Assembly: GCA_002269645.1 (NCBI GenBank)
Contig: NIVC01000184.1
Coordinates: forward strand, 558,001 to 622,000
Origin: Macrostomum lignano
Taxonomy: Eukaryota
Direction: 5' to 3'
DNA: 64,000 bases
Part shown: positions 35,265-47,382 of the stretch, piece by piece
Position numbering within the stretch: position 1 is the first letter of the stretch
Layout of the letters: the number at the start of each line of letters is the position of its first letter
Made by a program: the position numbers and the translations under genes
Notes under the pieces: generated by a model
The model's database searches: none
Told to the model about the DNA's origin: nothing
The model's input: only the letters and a program-made list of their open reading frames with translations

Positions 35265-36190
35265 CTGAAACAAGTTTTCAAAGTACTTATTGAACTTATA
35301 ATCAACACTATAGTGAGCAAAAACAAAACAATCACTTGTGCAGTAACTGGCTCATTTTTGTTCTAAGAAAATATTAACATTTTTGTAAGTCAAATTCCCG
35401 CCAAATAACAGTTACACGAATATTTTGTTTTAATATGATATTTGTTTTAACGTAGTAACTTTTTAGCGAGTCGAATAATTTGTTTTTTTAACTAAATGTT
35501 TGTTTAAACGAATGTAACGCGAGCCAATAGAGGTTTCAGTTAGTATAAATCTATTAGTAATTAATATAGTAGTCAGCAGTGGCACTGGAGCTACCAGGGT
35601 AACTCGTACTGACGATAACCCATACATATAGGCATAATTATTAGGATTCCTAGGGTTAGAAATAATAAACTTAGTACAATTTAGTGGAGTCTTAATAGAG
35701 AGAAGTTTAGCCCTAGTACAACTTGGTGGCATTAGTAACTAGGCACAATTACACCTGTAACACTTGTTTATTTGCAATTGAAAGTCCAGAATTGGTATGA
35801 TATTGGAGAATTTTTATGTTTACTTAAAAATCTGAGATAACTTTCTATCTCTTTAATGCAGTGAAATTTCCTCCATATGCGAGTGTAAAACCGTCCTTTA
35901 GCCTTAAATTTTCCATGCTAATAATGTACAACTACACGAGTATATGATTATTTCTGGCGTGTATTATAATTCTTAACATAAAGTAAAATCCTGTTATTAC
36001 TGGATGACGCGTATCGAACTCTCACACAGAATGCAAGCTTTCTTGTGTATTATTTGAGCAAACCATATTATTTGTCCAAACTACAGTGTGTATAGGAGGC
36101 AGTCAAAACGTCTATTCTACGCGATGCTCTGTGTGTGTGCACCCCATTAATTAACTTGCTGAATAGCCGGTACAACACCCTCCCCCATAC

Positions 36191-36386
36191 CTGCTCCGTA
36201 AACAATAGCAGAGTCCGTTCGAACAACTGATTCCCAATCAGAGCCGTGATGGCCATGCAGATGAAGAGGCCATCCAGCACTGGCACTGGGATGAACTGCA
36301 ACGGCAGCGGGCACATCAGCAGGGACAGACCAATCAGTAGACTCGAAACGATGCCCGTGACGCGAGTCTCGCGAACTCTGACCACC
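36191..36386 (-). CDS. SLC4A11: SLC4A11-like exon
   Basis: VVRVRETRVTGIVSSLLIGLSL...IPVPVLDGLF...GNQLFER...FTEQ. Confidence 0.93.
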
Positions 36387-36493
36387 CTGTCAGCAGTTTG
36401 AGGGTATAATCCGATTGTTACTCATGGTAGTTACTGGCAGCATAAGGCTCTTTTATACTAGCCTAATTCTCTGTTGGCACATTCGATTTTTTA

Positions 36494-37194
36494 CCAAGGA
36501 CGACTTAAGTAGAAGGACGGGAAACCTCGTTTCTTAGAAAATTTTTGAAGGCACTTTTTTCCGAAAAAATACACTGCGGAGATAGGAAATTTTCATTTTT
36601 TCAGCACAAAAAATGCTATTACTTTTGATAGGAGGCAGATCCAGTGTTCATCTTTTGATATGTTGTGCCTTTCTTATTGCTCTATCGATATTTATAAGGC
36701 TTTTCGTTCAGAAAATTAGATTTCTATGTTAATTTTTTATTTTACGTATATTTCCACGCGTCTTGTGCTTGAAATACATTAAGACTGCCACGGCTCGGCT
36801 CTTTGGTTTCATAAGTCTATTTTGTCATTCTTAACTGACTGTGTAGCAAATATTCGTAACAGAGATGATAAAATAGATTCATAAAACCAAATATTGGAGC
36901 TGTGTCATGCATTATTGTGATTTTCAGGTACAGGAAATATACGTAGAATAAAAAATTAACATAGAAATCTAATTTTCTGAACGAAAAGCCTTATAAATAT
37001 CGATAGAGCAATAAAAAAGGCACAACATATCAAAAGATGAACACTGGATCTGCCTCCTATCAAAAGTAATAGCAATTTTTGTGCTGAAAAAATGAAAATT
37101 TCCTATCTCCGCAGTGTATTTTTTCGGAAAAAAGTGCCTTCAAAAATTTTCTAAGAAACGAGGTTTCCCGTCCTTCTACTTAAGTCGTCCTTGG
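36494..37194. mobile_element. Foldback MITE with 262-bp TIRs
   Basis: CCAAGGACGACTTAAG...CTTAAGTCGTCCTTGG. Arms at 36494-36755 and 36933-37194. TTTTTA on both flanks. Confidence 0.9.
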
Positions 37195-37861
37195 TTTTTA
37201 CATGCCCGTTCTAGTGCAGATCTTAGCGCAAGTTTTAGCTTGTTTTCAGTCCTCCGATTAGCCACTTAAGCTCCGCCTGAAATCCAAAGCACTCTGAAAA
37301 AACCCACTGGCTGCAGAGCGGCCATAGACAATTCTAACCCCAGATTCACTCATCCCGAGCCTACCCGATAGGACCATGTACATGTAGACAAAGTCGAAGA
37401 CTCTGATACTTGAAGTAAAATCTGTGTTCTTGAGTCTATGGTGGAGAGCAAAAAAGAGACAGAAAGAAGTCTCTTTCGTGAAGCTGAACTGTCACTCTGT
37501 TTTAAATTTTATCTGCTCATTGCATACATAACTCATTGCTGCTCCAACTTCGTAGCTTCGTTTGTTTGTGCCTGTTCTGTTTTCCTATCTACAGCAAAAT
37601 AATTGTTTCTTTTAGGTGACATTACATAATTGATATGCAAGAAATGCTTTTCCTAGGACCCAGTCTAAATTTTCTGCTTTTCTATCTCAACGACTCTGAT
37701 CGTCCTGAGTCGACGACTCTGTTTCTCCTCTGATCAGCCATATCGGGGATTTTCAGAGTGACCGATTGGGTTCGAGTACACAAAAATCTCACAAAGACGC
37801 ATCTAACGAGTTCGTACTATTCTAAAAAAATAAAATTATTGAGGGTCATCCCGCGGGGTTG

Positions 37862-38583
37862 CCGTCATAAACCCGAAAAATCACAACTCCAAAAGCACTT
37901 CCCATCATAAACCCGAAATATCATAACTCCAAAGACCAAAATAGTGTTGGACATTGCTAGAACTTTCGGAGTCATGTATGGTATTTCGGGTTTGTGATAT
38001 TTCGGGTTCATGATATTTCGGGTTTGTGATATTTCGGATTTATGATATTTCGGGTTTGTGATATTTCGGGTTTATGATATTTCCAGTTTATGATATTTCA
38101 GATTTGTGATATTTCGGGTTTATGATATTTCGGGTTTATGATATTTCGGGTTTGTGATATTTCGGGTTTATGATATTTCGGGTTTGTGATATTTCGGGTT
38201 TGTGATATTTCAGGTTTGTGATATTTCGGGTTTATGATATTTCGGGTTTATGATATTTCGGGTTTGTGATATTTCGGGTTTGTGATATTTCAGGTTTGTG
38301 ATATTTCGGGTTTATGATATTTCGGGTTTGTGATATTTCGGGTTTATGATATTTCGGGTTTGTGATATTTCGGGTTTATGATATTTCGGGTTTGTAATAT
38401 TTCGGGTTTATGATATTTCCAGTTTATGATAATTCAGGTTTATGATATTTCGGGTTTATGATACTTCAATTTTATGATAATTCAGGTTTATGATATTTCG
38501 GGTTTGTGATATTTCGGGTTTATGATTTTTCGGGTTTGTGATGTAAAGCGCTTTTTAGAGGTGTGATTTTTCGGGTTTGTGAT
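37862..38583. repeat. 17-bp minisatellite tttcgggttt(a/g)tgatat with inverted units at the left end (possible MITE)
   Basis: Array at ~37985-38583; reverse-complement units at 37866-37930. Confidence 0.8.
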
Positions 38584-38973
38584 GCCCCCCCACCCCACGG
38601 AGGGATGGGAGGGTGGGAGGGTGGTCAACCCACAGGGAGTAGGAGGGTGGTCACCCGGGGACAGCAGCCCCTCTGCCCCCCTCCCCTGCGCCGCCACTGC
38701 TTGTTTTTAATGCTTTTCTAAAAGAAACATGACCTCATATTGACCTCCCCTGCATGGTTGGCATCTGCTTCATTGCAGTTAGGGCAGTAAACGTCTCAAT
38801 CTCAAATGCCAGGTAACTGAAATACCGAATTACCAGTCTCAACTTTGCTGTAAAAGACTTTTCGACTGCTTGCGGCTAATTTATGACCTTGATGAATGCC
38901 TGCTAAAGACATTTTTACTGCCTAGTTAAACGAATATACAGTGAATCGATTTTGTCAAAATGTAGAGCCTTAC

Positions 38974-39150
38974 GTCTGGTGAACATGCTGGCCAAAATCG
39001 ATTCGCTCTTCTAGGTCGGCCAGCGCCTTCACGTGCAGCGGCGAATGAGGCAGAGCGCCGTGCACCCAGGGCAGCCCGAAACAGGACAGGCAGCCGTTGA
39101 TGATGGCCACTACCATCAGGTCCCAGTGGTAGGCTGAGCCTTTGCGAAGT
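38974..39150 (-). CDS. SLC4A11: SLC4A11-like exon
   Basis: [11 protein letters not shown]...[20 protein letters not shown]. Confidence 0.93.
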
Positions 39151-39204
39151 CTGTTGATGAGGGTTAAAAATGTTACGACGAAATACGCTTTATTCTTAGC
39201 AGGT

Positions 39205-39840
39205 TCGGTAATGGTGATTTTTGGTTTCGGTAGTTGGTGATTGTCGGTTTTGTATTGGTGATTGTCGGTTTTGTATTGGTGACTGTCGGTTTTGTATTGG
39301 TGATTGTCGGTTTTGTATTGGTGATTGTCGGTTTTTGTATTGGTGATTGTCGGTTTTGTATTGGTGATTGTCGGTTTTGTATTGGTGATTGTCGGTTTTT
39401 GTATTGGTGATTGTCGGTTTTGTATTGGTGATTGTCGGTTTTTGTATCGGTGATTTTCGGTTTTGGTAGTTGGTGATTGTCGGTTTCGGTAATGGTGATT
39501 GTCGGTTTTGTATTGGTGATTGTCGGTTTTGTATTGGTGATTGTCGGTTTTGTATTGGTGATTGTCGGTTTTTGTATTGGTGATTGTCGGTTTTGTATTG
39601 GTGATTGTCGGTTTTGTATTGGTGATTGTCGGTTTTTGTATTGGTGATTGTCGGTTTCGGTAATGGTGATTGCCGGTTTCGGTAATGGTGATTGTCGGTT
39701 TCAGTAGATGTTGATTGTTGGTTTTTGTAATGGTTATTGGTTGTTGATTTTGGTAGATATTGATTTTCGGTTTCTGTAATGGTGTTAGTAGATTAAGGAA
39801 ATGGTGATTGTCAGTTTCGGTAAAAGTGATTGTTGGTTTC
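39205..39840. repeat. 21/22-bp minisatellite ttgtattggtgattgtcggtt
   Basis: Direct inspection; it begins ~55 bp upstream of a splice acceptor. Confidence 0.92.
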
Positions 39841-40375
39841 ATTTGGTGTGGACATTGGTTTCATTTGGCACGACACAAATGTCGTTTGTTGCAAAGGGCT
39901 TTGAGTTCCATATCTCTAGCAACCATGATTTCCAGGGACAATCGGATTGTCCTTTGTTTCCTGGGGTCAAGAAACTGAGTATAATGTAGAGCCTAAATCA
40001 AATGCAAACACACAATTTCGGCGTTCTTCAAGGATCTTAGCCTGACAAAACAGACATTGATCGCCATTGATTCGAAATGAATTAAATTGCCCACGCAAAA
40101 TGTACTACAAATCGATTAGCATTGATCCCAGTGCGTGGGTGTCGTTGCAAGTGGAACTTTGAGCTGGTCCCTATAGAGCAGCCTTTGAAGTTTCATCGTC
40201 ATAGGAAAAATAGAAATAGCAATCAGGGAGAGAAATCTCAGAAACTCGACAGCTTCAAACGTCGAGCTTTGATCACGCAAAGGAGATTCTTGTTCGTTTC
40301 CAAAAATAACTGCCCAAACGTGTCAATAATTCTAAGATACAGTAAAAGCTTAGTAAAACTCAGAAAACGACTCAC

Positions 40376-40541
40376 TTATTAGTTGGGCAATTCACCATAG
40401 CCGAGCTGATGTTCTGATCCATAAAGAACAGCATGGACAGCGGGATCGCCAGACCAAATGCACCGAGAATGGCTGTCCATGGCAGCGGTTGGGCAATCAC
40501 AAAGACAAGATGCAGCTGACGATTACAGGTAAAGTTCTCCT
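40376..40541 (-). CDS. SLC4A11: SLC4A11-like exon
   Basis: ...LPWTAILGAFGLAIPLSMLFFMDQNISSAMVNCPTN. Confidence 0.92.
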
Positions 40542-40622
40542 CTGAAAAATGCAATTATAAACAAAATTCAAGGCTCTCTTCTCTTGCCAATACTGTTCAT
40601 GGTAACCAATTAGTGAGCTCAC

Positions 40623-40729
40623 GGTAGACATCGCGGAACAAGTAGGTTCCAAAGAAGGACATAACCAGCACTGACACGGGCAGGGAGAAGTCAGTGATCA
40701 GCTCTCGTTTAGCCCGGTTTAGATATGGC
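40623..40729 (-). CDS. SLC4A11: SLC4A11-like exon
   Basis: PYLNRAKRELITDFSLPVSVLVMSFFGTYLFRDVY; not in the ORF track, read by hand; phases fit. Confidence 0.9.
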
Positions 40730-41252
40730 CTGCAATTTCAGCATTGGAATTGGAGTCATTTAGTTAGTCAGTTGGGGGCATTTGGGGCTCTGCGATCGGA
40801 TCAAAACAGACTGACACCTGCTTGCAGCTATTGATTGACAGCACGTCTTTTGCAAGAGGCCAATATATGTTAAGTAGGAATTCTAAAACCGTTGCACCGT
40901 AGTGAGCCAAGTACGGCTGGTTTTTTTTCTAAAACCACGTTTGTTAACAGCAAGACATTGTTGATAGATGACCAGCAGTTGGTGGCTAAAGGTAGCAATT
41001 GACCTACAGGTTGCCAACAAGTTTCATTGCATTCACTTTTCTTTTAACGGGAAGAAACTAGTCTGTCATTTTACGAGTTAAACATTTTTCTATCGTGCAA
41101 TATGGATGAGCTATGTAAAAAGGGTATTTTTAAGTAAAAATCTTAGTTACGAGTTTTTAACACTGATCTGCATTTGATGGTTCAAATGATTTCAATGCTT
41201 CGAAACTGAGCTGTGCTGACAAAAGTAAACTATGAAGTAGGAAATAGCTTAC

Positions 41253-41511
41253 GTTTTAGTAAAATTCAGTAAGTACATCGACAAGAACACGGTGCCCAGA
41301 CAGAGCAGCACAAACAGAATGCTGGTGTCCCGATGACACACTTTAGCGACAGCAACTGCCGACGCTTCGGTGACGTTCGACAAGCCGCCAGCGGCCGCCA
41401 CAGTTGTTGTCACCAGCACTGTAGTTGTCGTTGCTAGGGCGTCGTCAACGGTGGAATTACTAACGGAGCCAGCTCCCGTTGTAGCGCTCTCGCAGTAGAA
41501 TTTTTTAAAGT
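41253..41511 (-). CDS. SLC4A11: SLC4A11-like exon (large extracellular loop and following transmembrane segment)
   Basis: NFKKFYCES...NST...NVT...CHRDTSILFVLLCLGTVFLSMYLLNFTK; phases fit. Confidence 0.88.
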
Positions 41512-41586
41512 CTGCTCACGGACCAATGATACATGTAAATCCAATCATTGTTAGATCAAAATGGTTCCACATTTAAAATAACTTAC

Positions 41587-41793
41587 TGCTATATACGCTT
41601 TTGAAAGCGTCCACGGTGAAGGCCACCGAAATGAACAGCGCGAATATCTCCTCTGTGCTTCTAGTTGACCAGCGCATCAGCTTGCTCAGGTCAAACATTG
41701 AGTATAGGAGCAGCAAGAATGCGTTGAATAGGCCTACCCAGCCGAAGAATGCAAAGAAGTCCAGCTTGTGCTCTTTGCTCAGATCGTATATAA
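41587..41793 (-). CDS. SLC4A11: SLC4A11-like exon
   Basis: LDFFAFFGWVGLFNAF...TRSTEEIFALFISVAFTVDA. Confidence 0.93.
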
Positions 41794-42348
41794 CTAAAAT
41801 GGTTGCAGAATCGTTGGTAGACCGTCGACCATCATCAGTTGAGAAGGCAAGCGGCACACGCAAACCCACGCGGATACGTTACTAAGGCCCACTAGAAGTT
41901 ACAGGATGCTAAATTTACTCGCATTCAACGGAATTTTATATTAAAGCCCGATTTCGCCAACAAAATATGTAACGTTAGAGATAAGAAGTTAGGAAATCTT
42001 CAGTTTTTTAGCTATAAACTAGAGATGTAGTCTCCCTACGGGTGGGACTGTTAAGAAGTTAAGATCAGAACGGTATGTTTGGAGAAATATTGCCCCGGTT
42101 GACAGTCTCCAGTGAATGGCATTCCCGAAAAATTTACATGGAAATTAGATAAACCTACGAAGCTATACTTTGGAACAACACAAATGTCGCGGCTTCATGT
42201 GGCTGTTTTAATAACAGAAGGAAGCCACTCGTCCACAAAATGCTTGAAAATTGTGTGAATTTTCCGTCTCGGTAATGCGAAATTCGGCCTTTAATTTCAT
42301 TTTCTTTGAAAACGAGCGTTGCGTCCTTGTACAGTGGTAACTTCTAGG

Positions 42349-42532
42349 GCTCCTGCGCAGGCACACACTCACACAGGAGTGTACAGCGGCCCGAACTTTA
42401 TTTATCGTTAGGCATGTACACTTCACTGTGCCTTGGGGTTGGCCTTGAAGGCCGTTAATTGCACGAGCAGAGCCAAGCCGAGATTCCAATTTAGCTCCAA
42501 ATTAATGTGACTGCACTTGGAATTGAGCCTGG
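42349..42532 (-). mobile_element. tRNA-SINE fragment lacking most of the head
   Basis: Matches the body of the 34560-34903 copy and breaks off at the B box. Confidence 0.8.
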
Positions 42533-44862
42533 ACCTTTGTAGTAGATCGTGGATACCCGATAAAATATCTTACTTAGAGAGGGAATGAAGAACCAGAAAT
42601 TCACGCTGGGCGAAGTAGAAAGATTTTTTACATAGGAAGTTCTTTAGTGTCTAACCATGTTCTCTAGTGCCTGGCGAACTTATACCAATCTATTCTCATC
42701 AGGTCTCTCAAGTGCAAAAGCCATTAGACACGAGTTTCACTTCTCTCAGCCAACGCGCACTGGAACCCGAGTGGCATCGTAAAGAAATATTAGGTTATAA
42801 CCGCTGCGCTGAGAACTCGAGGCTTCCATAATCTCGAATCTCGAACCCCATGCCAGGTTGCCTCAGAAGAATAAAGTGGTTCCCGCAGTGGATCATCGCA
42901 TCGACTCTCTCCTCCTCTCTCCAGGGAAGCGAACTCAGCCCCTACTTGAGGTGGCACTTTGGCCCAATTTTCATCCCGCCGCTTGCTGTTGAAGCCTTCA
43001 TCCTTCGGGCACTGCATCGCCTACTAGGCTGCAAGATCCCACTGGACTCTGACACGCTGCAGCGCAAGTCTGCCTCGGCAGAGATAGAGCTATAGAAAGC
43101 GGAATTTCCACTGCCCGGACAATAATCTGAATCCTAATTACAAAACGAACTTTAGTTCGCATAGAACCGGGGTACGAAATTAAGGCTTTCGTCTTCTCTT
43201 TCGGTCATCCTTTTAAGCCCAGGCCTACTGAGACAGGATGCGAAAGAAGCTAAGCTAAGATGCGAGGAACCATGAGTAGTATTTATCTCACTGGGCCGAC
43301 TGATTTCTAGTAGCCTCGCGTCTCTGGCAAGCCAACGGAAAACTCGATCCCACGACTGCCTGCCACCATATTAGCTAGTTTTCCTTCAGCACTACAAGAT
43401 CCTGTCCGAGAGTAGAAGAGGCACTTTGGAACGCCCGCCCTCGCATAAAGTGCTTCTGCACTTTTCCCACTTTGGCATTCCCTCTTTGGTCATTCCAACT
43501 TCTGTGTTGCTTTAACCTCCCGGAGTGTCCAAATTGAGAATCAGGAGGTTCAAAGGTTCAAAATCAAATACAATACTAACATCTCTATCCTTGCCCTTTT
43601 AAGTTGCTGAACCTCTCAAAGCCGCAGAAAATCTTAAAATATTATAGTTACCGAAAGTTTGCATTGCAACAAAATTATTGTAGTGTAGGTGTGTCATGAC
43701 TAGTGATAAGGCCATGACACTAAAACCTACTTAAAATGATGCAATTATGAATACAGTTTCGGCAATTGATTGCTGCATTTATGCACAGTTTAGAACTTTT
43801 TAGTATCTTAGTTAGCTTCACTTATTTATTCCGCGAAAGTGCAACACCAGCGGCATTCCATGGTGTACTAAGTAGCAAACCAGTTGGCAGGGAAACCATC
43901 TGGAACTATTATTAATTGTTCCACTCGGACTGCTTGCAACGGACCTTTATTTATTATTATCGCTGATGCAGCACTGATGCTGTGGAGAAGAACTTTACCT
44001 GCTTTTTATTGCTGGCATCCATCTTTTGCCAAATTTTTTCCCTGGAAAACCCCAATTTGCAGTTTAGCATTTGTGCGCGGTTCGGGCAAAAAAGTGCATC
44101 CGGTACTTATTACTATAGTCTTTATGGAAACCGAATCCAATGGTGAACTTTCTGCAGCACAAACAAAAGCAGTAATTTGGTGAACTCTTTTGCCAGAATG
44201 AGGAAACGCCTCCAAGTATTTTAACTTCTTAACTGGACTAGCAAATGTCGCAAAGCAGAACCACAGGAGAAAACAAGTGACAGCTGAAACAGAATGACGC
44301 CGCACTTCCATATCCCGGGTGTTGTGTTCGCTTAATTAACTTGTGATTACATTTACAGCGAGGCGCATTCCTGCTTCATTTGAAAGTTGGAAGTCCAGAC
44401 TTGGAGATTTTGGTGATTTACTGTTAAAAAGAAGCTGAAAACTTTCCAGCGTCCTTCTGCTTCAGAGCAGTGCATGGTAGAATCACTGATGCAGACAGTA
44501 AAAGATACGACGACAAGGGCCTATGAACAAGGACGCTGAAGTCGACTTTATTAGAAATGAGATGGAGGCCGATAAGGAACGTGTATTGGTCGTATCGTCA
44601 GCAGAGTGCATTTAGTCAAGGACGACACAAGTAGGACGGGGAAACTACATTTCTTCTCGGAAAATTTTAGGAGGCAGTTTTTACCGTAAAAATAGAATCG
44701 AATCGATAGAAAGGAGACCCAGTGTTTATCTCTTGATTTTTATTATTTTATATAGCGAGGCTAAGAATGATTTAAATAAATACATAAAACCAAAAAAAAC
44801 CAACTAGGATGCTTCACTTGCAACATCTCATGGTAAACAAAGCCCAATTTAATTTAACTTAC

Positions 44863-44976
44863 TTCTCGTGTACAGCGCCAGCGGTGCCGTAGTCAGCATG
44901 ACAATCAGCGGCTGACCACCTAATAGTGCGAATGCGATGCCAGCAATACTCTGCGATAGAATTACTCGCTGCACCG
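44863..44976 (-). CDS. SLC4A11: SLC4A11-like exon
   Basis: [37 protein letters not shown]. Confidence 0.92.
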
Positions 44977-45051
44977 CTGAAATGATTGGTTTCGTTGTAA
45001 ATTTGTGCTGTTGCAGTGGTCAAAGAAGTACATTTTTTATCTCGTCCGCGA

Positions 45052-45420
45052 GGCTGTGTGCACCCTGGTGCACTTTTAGCGGCATTGTCACACAACCGGT
45101 GAGAGGCTTTACGAGTACATCCGCCCATTCCACCGACTCCCCTGAGCAGGCACACAAGCGCGCGGATACGTACGCAGTCAAACGCACAGGCACACACTCA
45201 CACAGGAGTGTACAGCGGCCCTAACTTTATTTATCGTTGGACGTTAAGCATGTACACTTTACTGCGCCTTGAAGGTTGACCATCAAGGGCGTTTTAATTG
45301 CACGAGCAGGGCCCAGCCGAGATTCCAATTCAGCCCCAAATTAATGTGACTGCACTTGGAATCGAGCCTGGGCGGCTGGCACACCAGAGCGCCGCGCTAG
45401 ACCACTGGGCCACGGCCCCC
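45052..45420 (-). mobile_element. tRNA-derived SINE copy
   Basis: Matches the 34560-34903 copy including the head. Confidence 0.85.
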
Positions 45421-45484
45421 CCCCCATCACGTCACCCAAAGCACTAAGGAAGAATTAAAGAGTTAAAAACCTTAATCGACTTAC

Positions 45485-45607
45485 TGATCATGCCTCCAGT
45501 TTGATTGTCGTTCAGAACTCCGAATGCAATGCTGGGCATAAGGCAGGCAAAATATAAAAATGTGATGGTTGACATCACCTTTCTCGGGGTTGCGTTGCCG
45601 CGAAGGC
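45485..45607 (-). CDS. SLC4A11: SLC4A11-like exon (first transmembrane segment)
   Basis: KVMSTITFLYFACLMPSIAFGVLND. Confidence 0.93.
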
Positions 45608-45690
45608 CTAGAGGCAGAAAATTGTTGAAATTATCGAGCATTTTGAATGTTTTCTTCAATATATCAAGTGAAAACCTATTCAGTATTGTA

Positions 45691-46086
45691 CGAGGGATAT
45701 CCGGGAAGGTCTGACACTTTTTCTCAGAGAAAAAACGGAAAAGGAAACAACTTTTGTGTCATTTAACAGCGGCACATTTCTTCCTTCTGATACATGGTAA
45801 GTTTAACTTATTTTGGTCATTTTATTAAAATTTTAAATTGCTTTCAAGCATTCAAGCATGATTTTTTGAAGTATTGACCAAACTACACCTGACTGAATTA
45901 ATTAGAAAGAAGAAGCGTGTCGTTTTAAATTGTCACCAAAGTTGTGTTCTGCAGCTGCTTCCGTTTCTTTGGTCTGGGATTAAAACAAGGACTACTCAAA
46001 TACCAGGATGGGAAACTAGGAATTTTTTACAAGGCTGGCTGGTAGTCCCTGGATTAAAAGTGTCCGAACTTTCCGGCCACGCCTCG
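45691..46086. mobile_element. Mariner-type MITE with degenerate ~33-bp TIRs and TA flanks
   Basis: TA|CGAGGGATATCCGGGAAGGTCTGACACTTTT versus (reverse complement) TA|CGAGGCGTGGCCGGAAAGTTCGGACACTTTT. Confidence 0.6.
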
Positions 46087-46121
46087 TACAAAATCGGAAC
46101 TGAAACCGAGGCGAAACGCAC

Positions 46122-46203
46122 CGTCCATAAAGTCGGACGGATAGTGCGGCAGGCGGCGTTTGAAGTCCGCCCTGATTCCGTTGCACAGCAGCCAAGTGCT
46201 GTC
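46122..46203 (-). CDS. SLC4A11: SLC4A11-like exon
   Basis: DSTWLLCNGIRADFKRRLPHYPSDFMD; phases fit. Confidence 0.9.
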
Positions 46204-46764
46204 CTGAAGAAACGTTTAATTGACGTTCGAGTGAACATGGATACAAGCAGAAAAAGTGAAAAATCTATGTACGAAATCATGTACAACTAAAGTCAAAATT
46301 CTTGAAGGAGTCTTACTGGAAACCGGGTTTTATTTACTTTTTAAAAGTACTTTACGTTTTATCAATGTAAATTTCACGTCGTTGTTTTTCCGATTTATAT
46401 CTTTAATGCTATAGAAGGGAATTGTAACGCGACTTTGGTCGCCTATTGGCTAGAGCTATTTAATGCACGAGAAATATATATCGTGATTACAAAGTTGCCC
46501 AATAGTCAGATTTTCCGGCTTTAATGTCTATGGCCACTCGTCCGCGCGCACGCTAGGCATAGACATTCAAGCACTTAAAACCGACTAATGAACTCCTCAT
46601 TTTTGCTGATCGGAGTTTCGTCTATGGTAAAACAGGAAAACGTCACTTGACGGCATGCAAAATTCAGTTTTTTTTGTTAGCCTGAATAAGAATTTTTAAC
46701 TAAGAGTGGTAGCATCCTTCCAAATTAATAGTCCTTGCATGGCAGGTGCTTTTTTTCAACTTAC

Positions 46765-46974
46765 GTAACTAAACGCTTGTGACATGAAGTCCTTTGTGCG
46801 CAGACTTTTCCGTCTGTAGATTTTCTGCTCTTCTCCTAGATCCTGGGCATGGCCCTGCAGCATCTCCTTGAACTCGGCCTCCGTCTCGGCCAGAAGAAGT
46901 CGCTGGCGAAAGTCGCTGTCGGCCAAAATCGTAGCAAATGTCCTACCGAGCTCGATGTCACTCTTCGTTCCTTT
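46765..46974 (-). CDS. SLC4A11: SLC4A11-like exon (cytoplasmic domain)
   Basis: KGTKSDIELGRTFATILADSDFRQRLLLAETEAEFKEML. Confidence 0.9.
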
Positions 46975-47075
46975 CTGCAAATCAATATTTGATTAAAAAA
47001 TTTAGCATCGCCATAAGAATTCTACATCTTCTTGTGAGCACCTTTCTAATGATTGACCAGAGGCATAATTCTCAC

Positions 47076-47199
47076 CTCTTTTGTTGGCGTTACAACGAGC
47101 AGCACAAAGTACACGCCTTCAGACGAGCGGCCCAGGTTAACTGGGCTAGCGAGCCGGGCGATGGCCACGTGTCGTTTGTGCACACCGTTCAAGGAGCAC
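47076..47199 (-). CDS. SLC4A11: SLC4A11-like exon (cytoplasmic domain)
   Basis: CSLNGVHKRHVAIARLASPVNLGRSSEGVYFVLLVVTPTKE. Confidence 0.9.
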
Positions 47200-47297
47200 C
47201 TGGGTTTTAGGAATTCAGAAAAAATGATTTAGCTACTCTTTATTAATTAATAACTATCAGAAGCATTACCATTACACAGATTATTCTCGAATCTTAC

Positions 47298-47382
47298 ATG
47301 GTGCATAACCAACTATTGTCGGTAATCAGGCCTTCATTGTCGATGATCGATATGCTTTTAATAGTCTTGGCTAGTCTCTGAT
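47298..47382 (-). CDS. SLC4A11: SLC4A11-like exon (cytoplasmic domain)
   Basis: QRLAKTIKSISIIDNEGLITDNSWLCT; phases fit. Confidence 0.88.

Noticed and set aside
38970-39842. 290-aa ORF as a single exon
   Set aside because: Only 39150-38974 is SLC4-like; the rest is minisatellite intron.
42533-43600. GC-richer block abutting the truncated SINE as a defined TE
   Set aside because: No termini, TSD or recognisable protein motif found.
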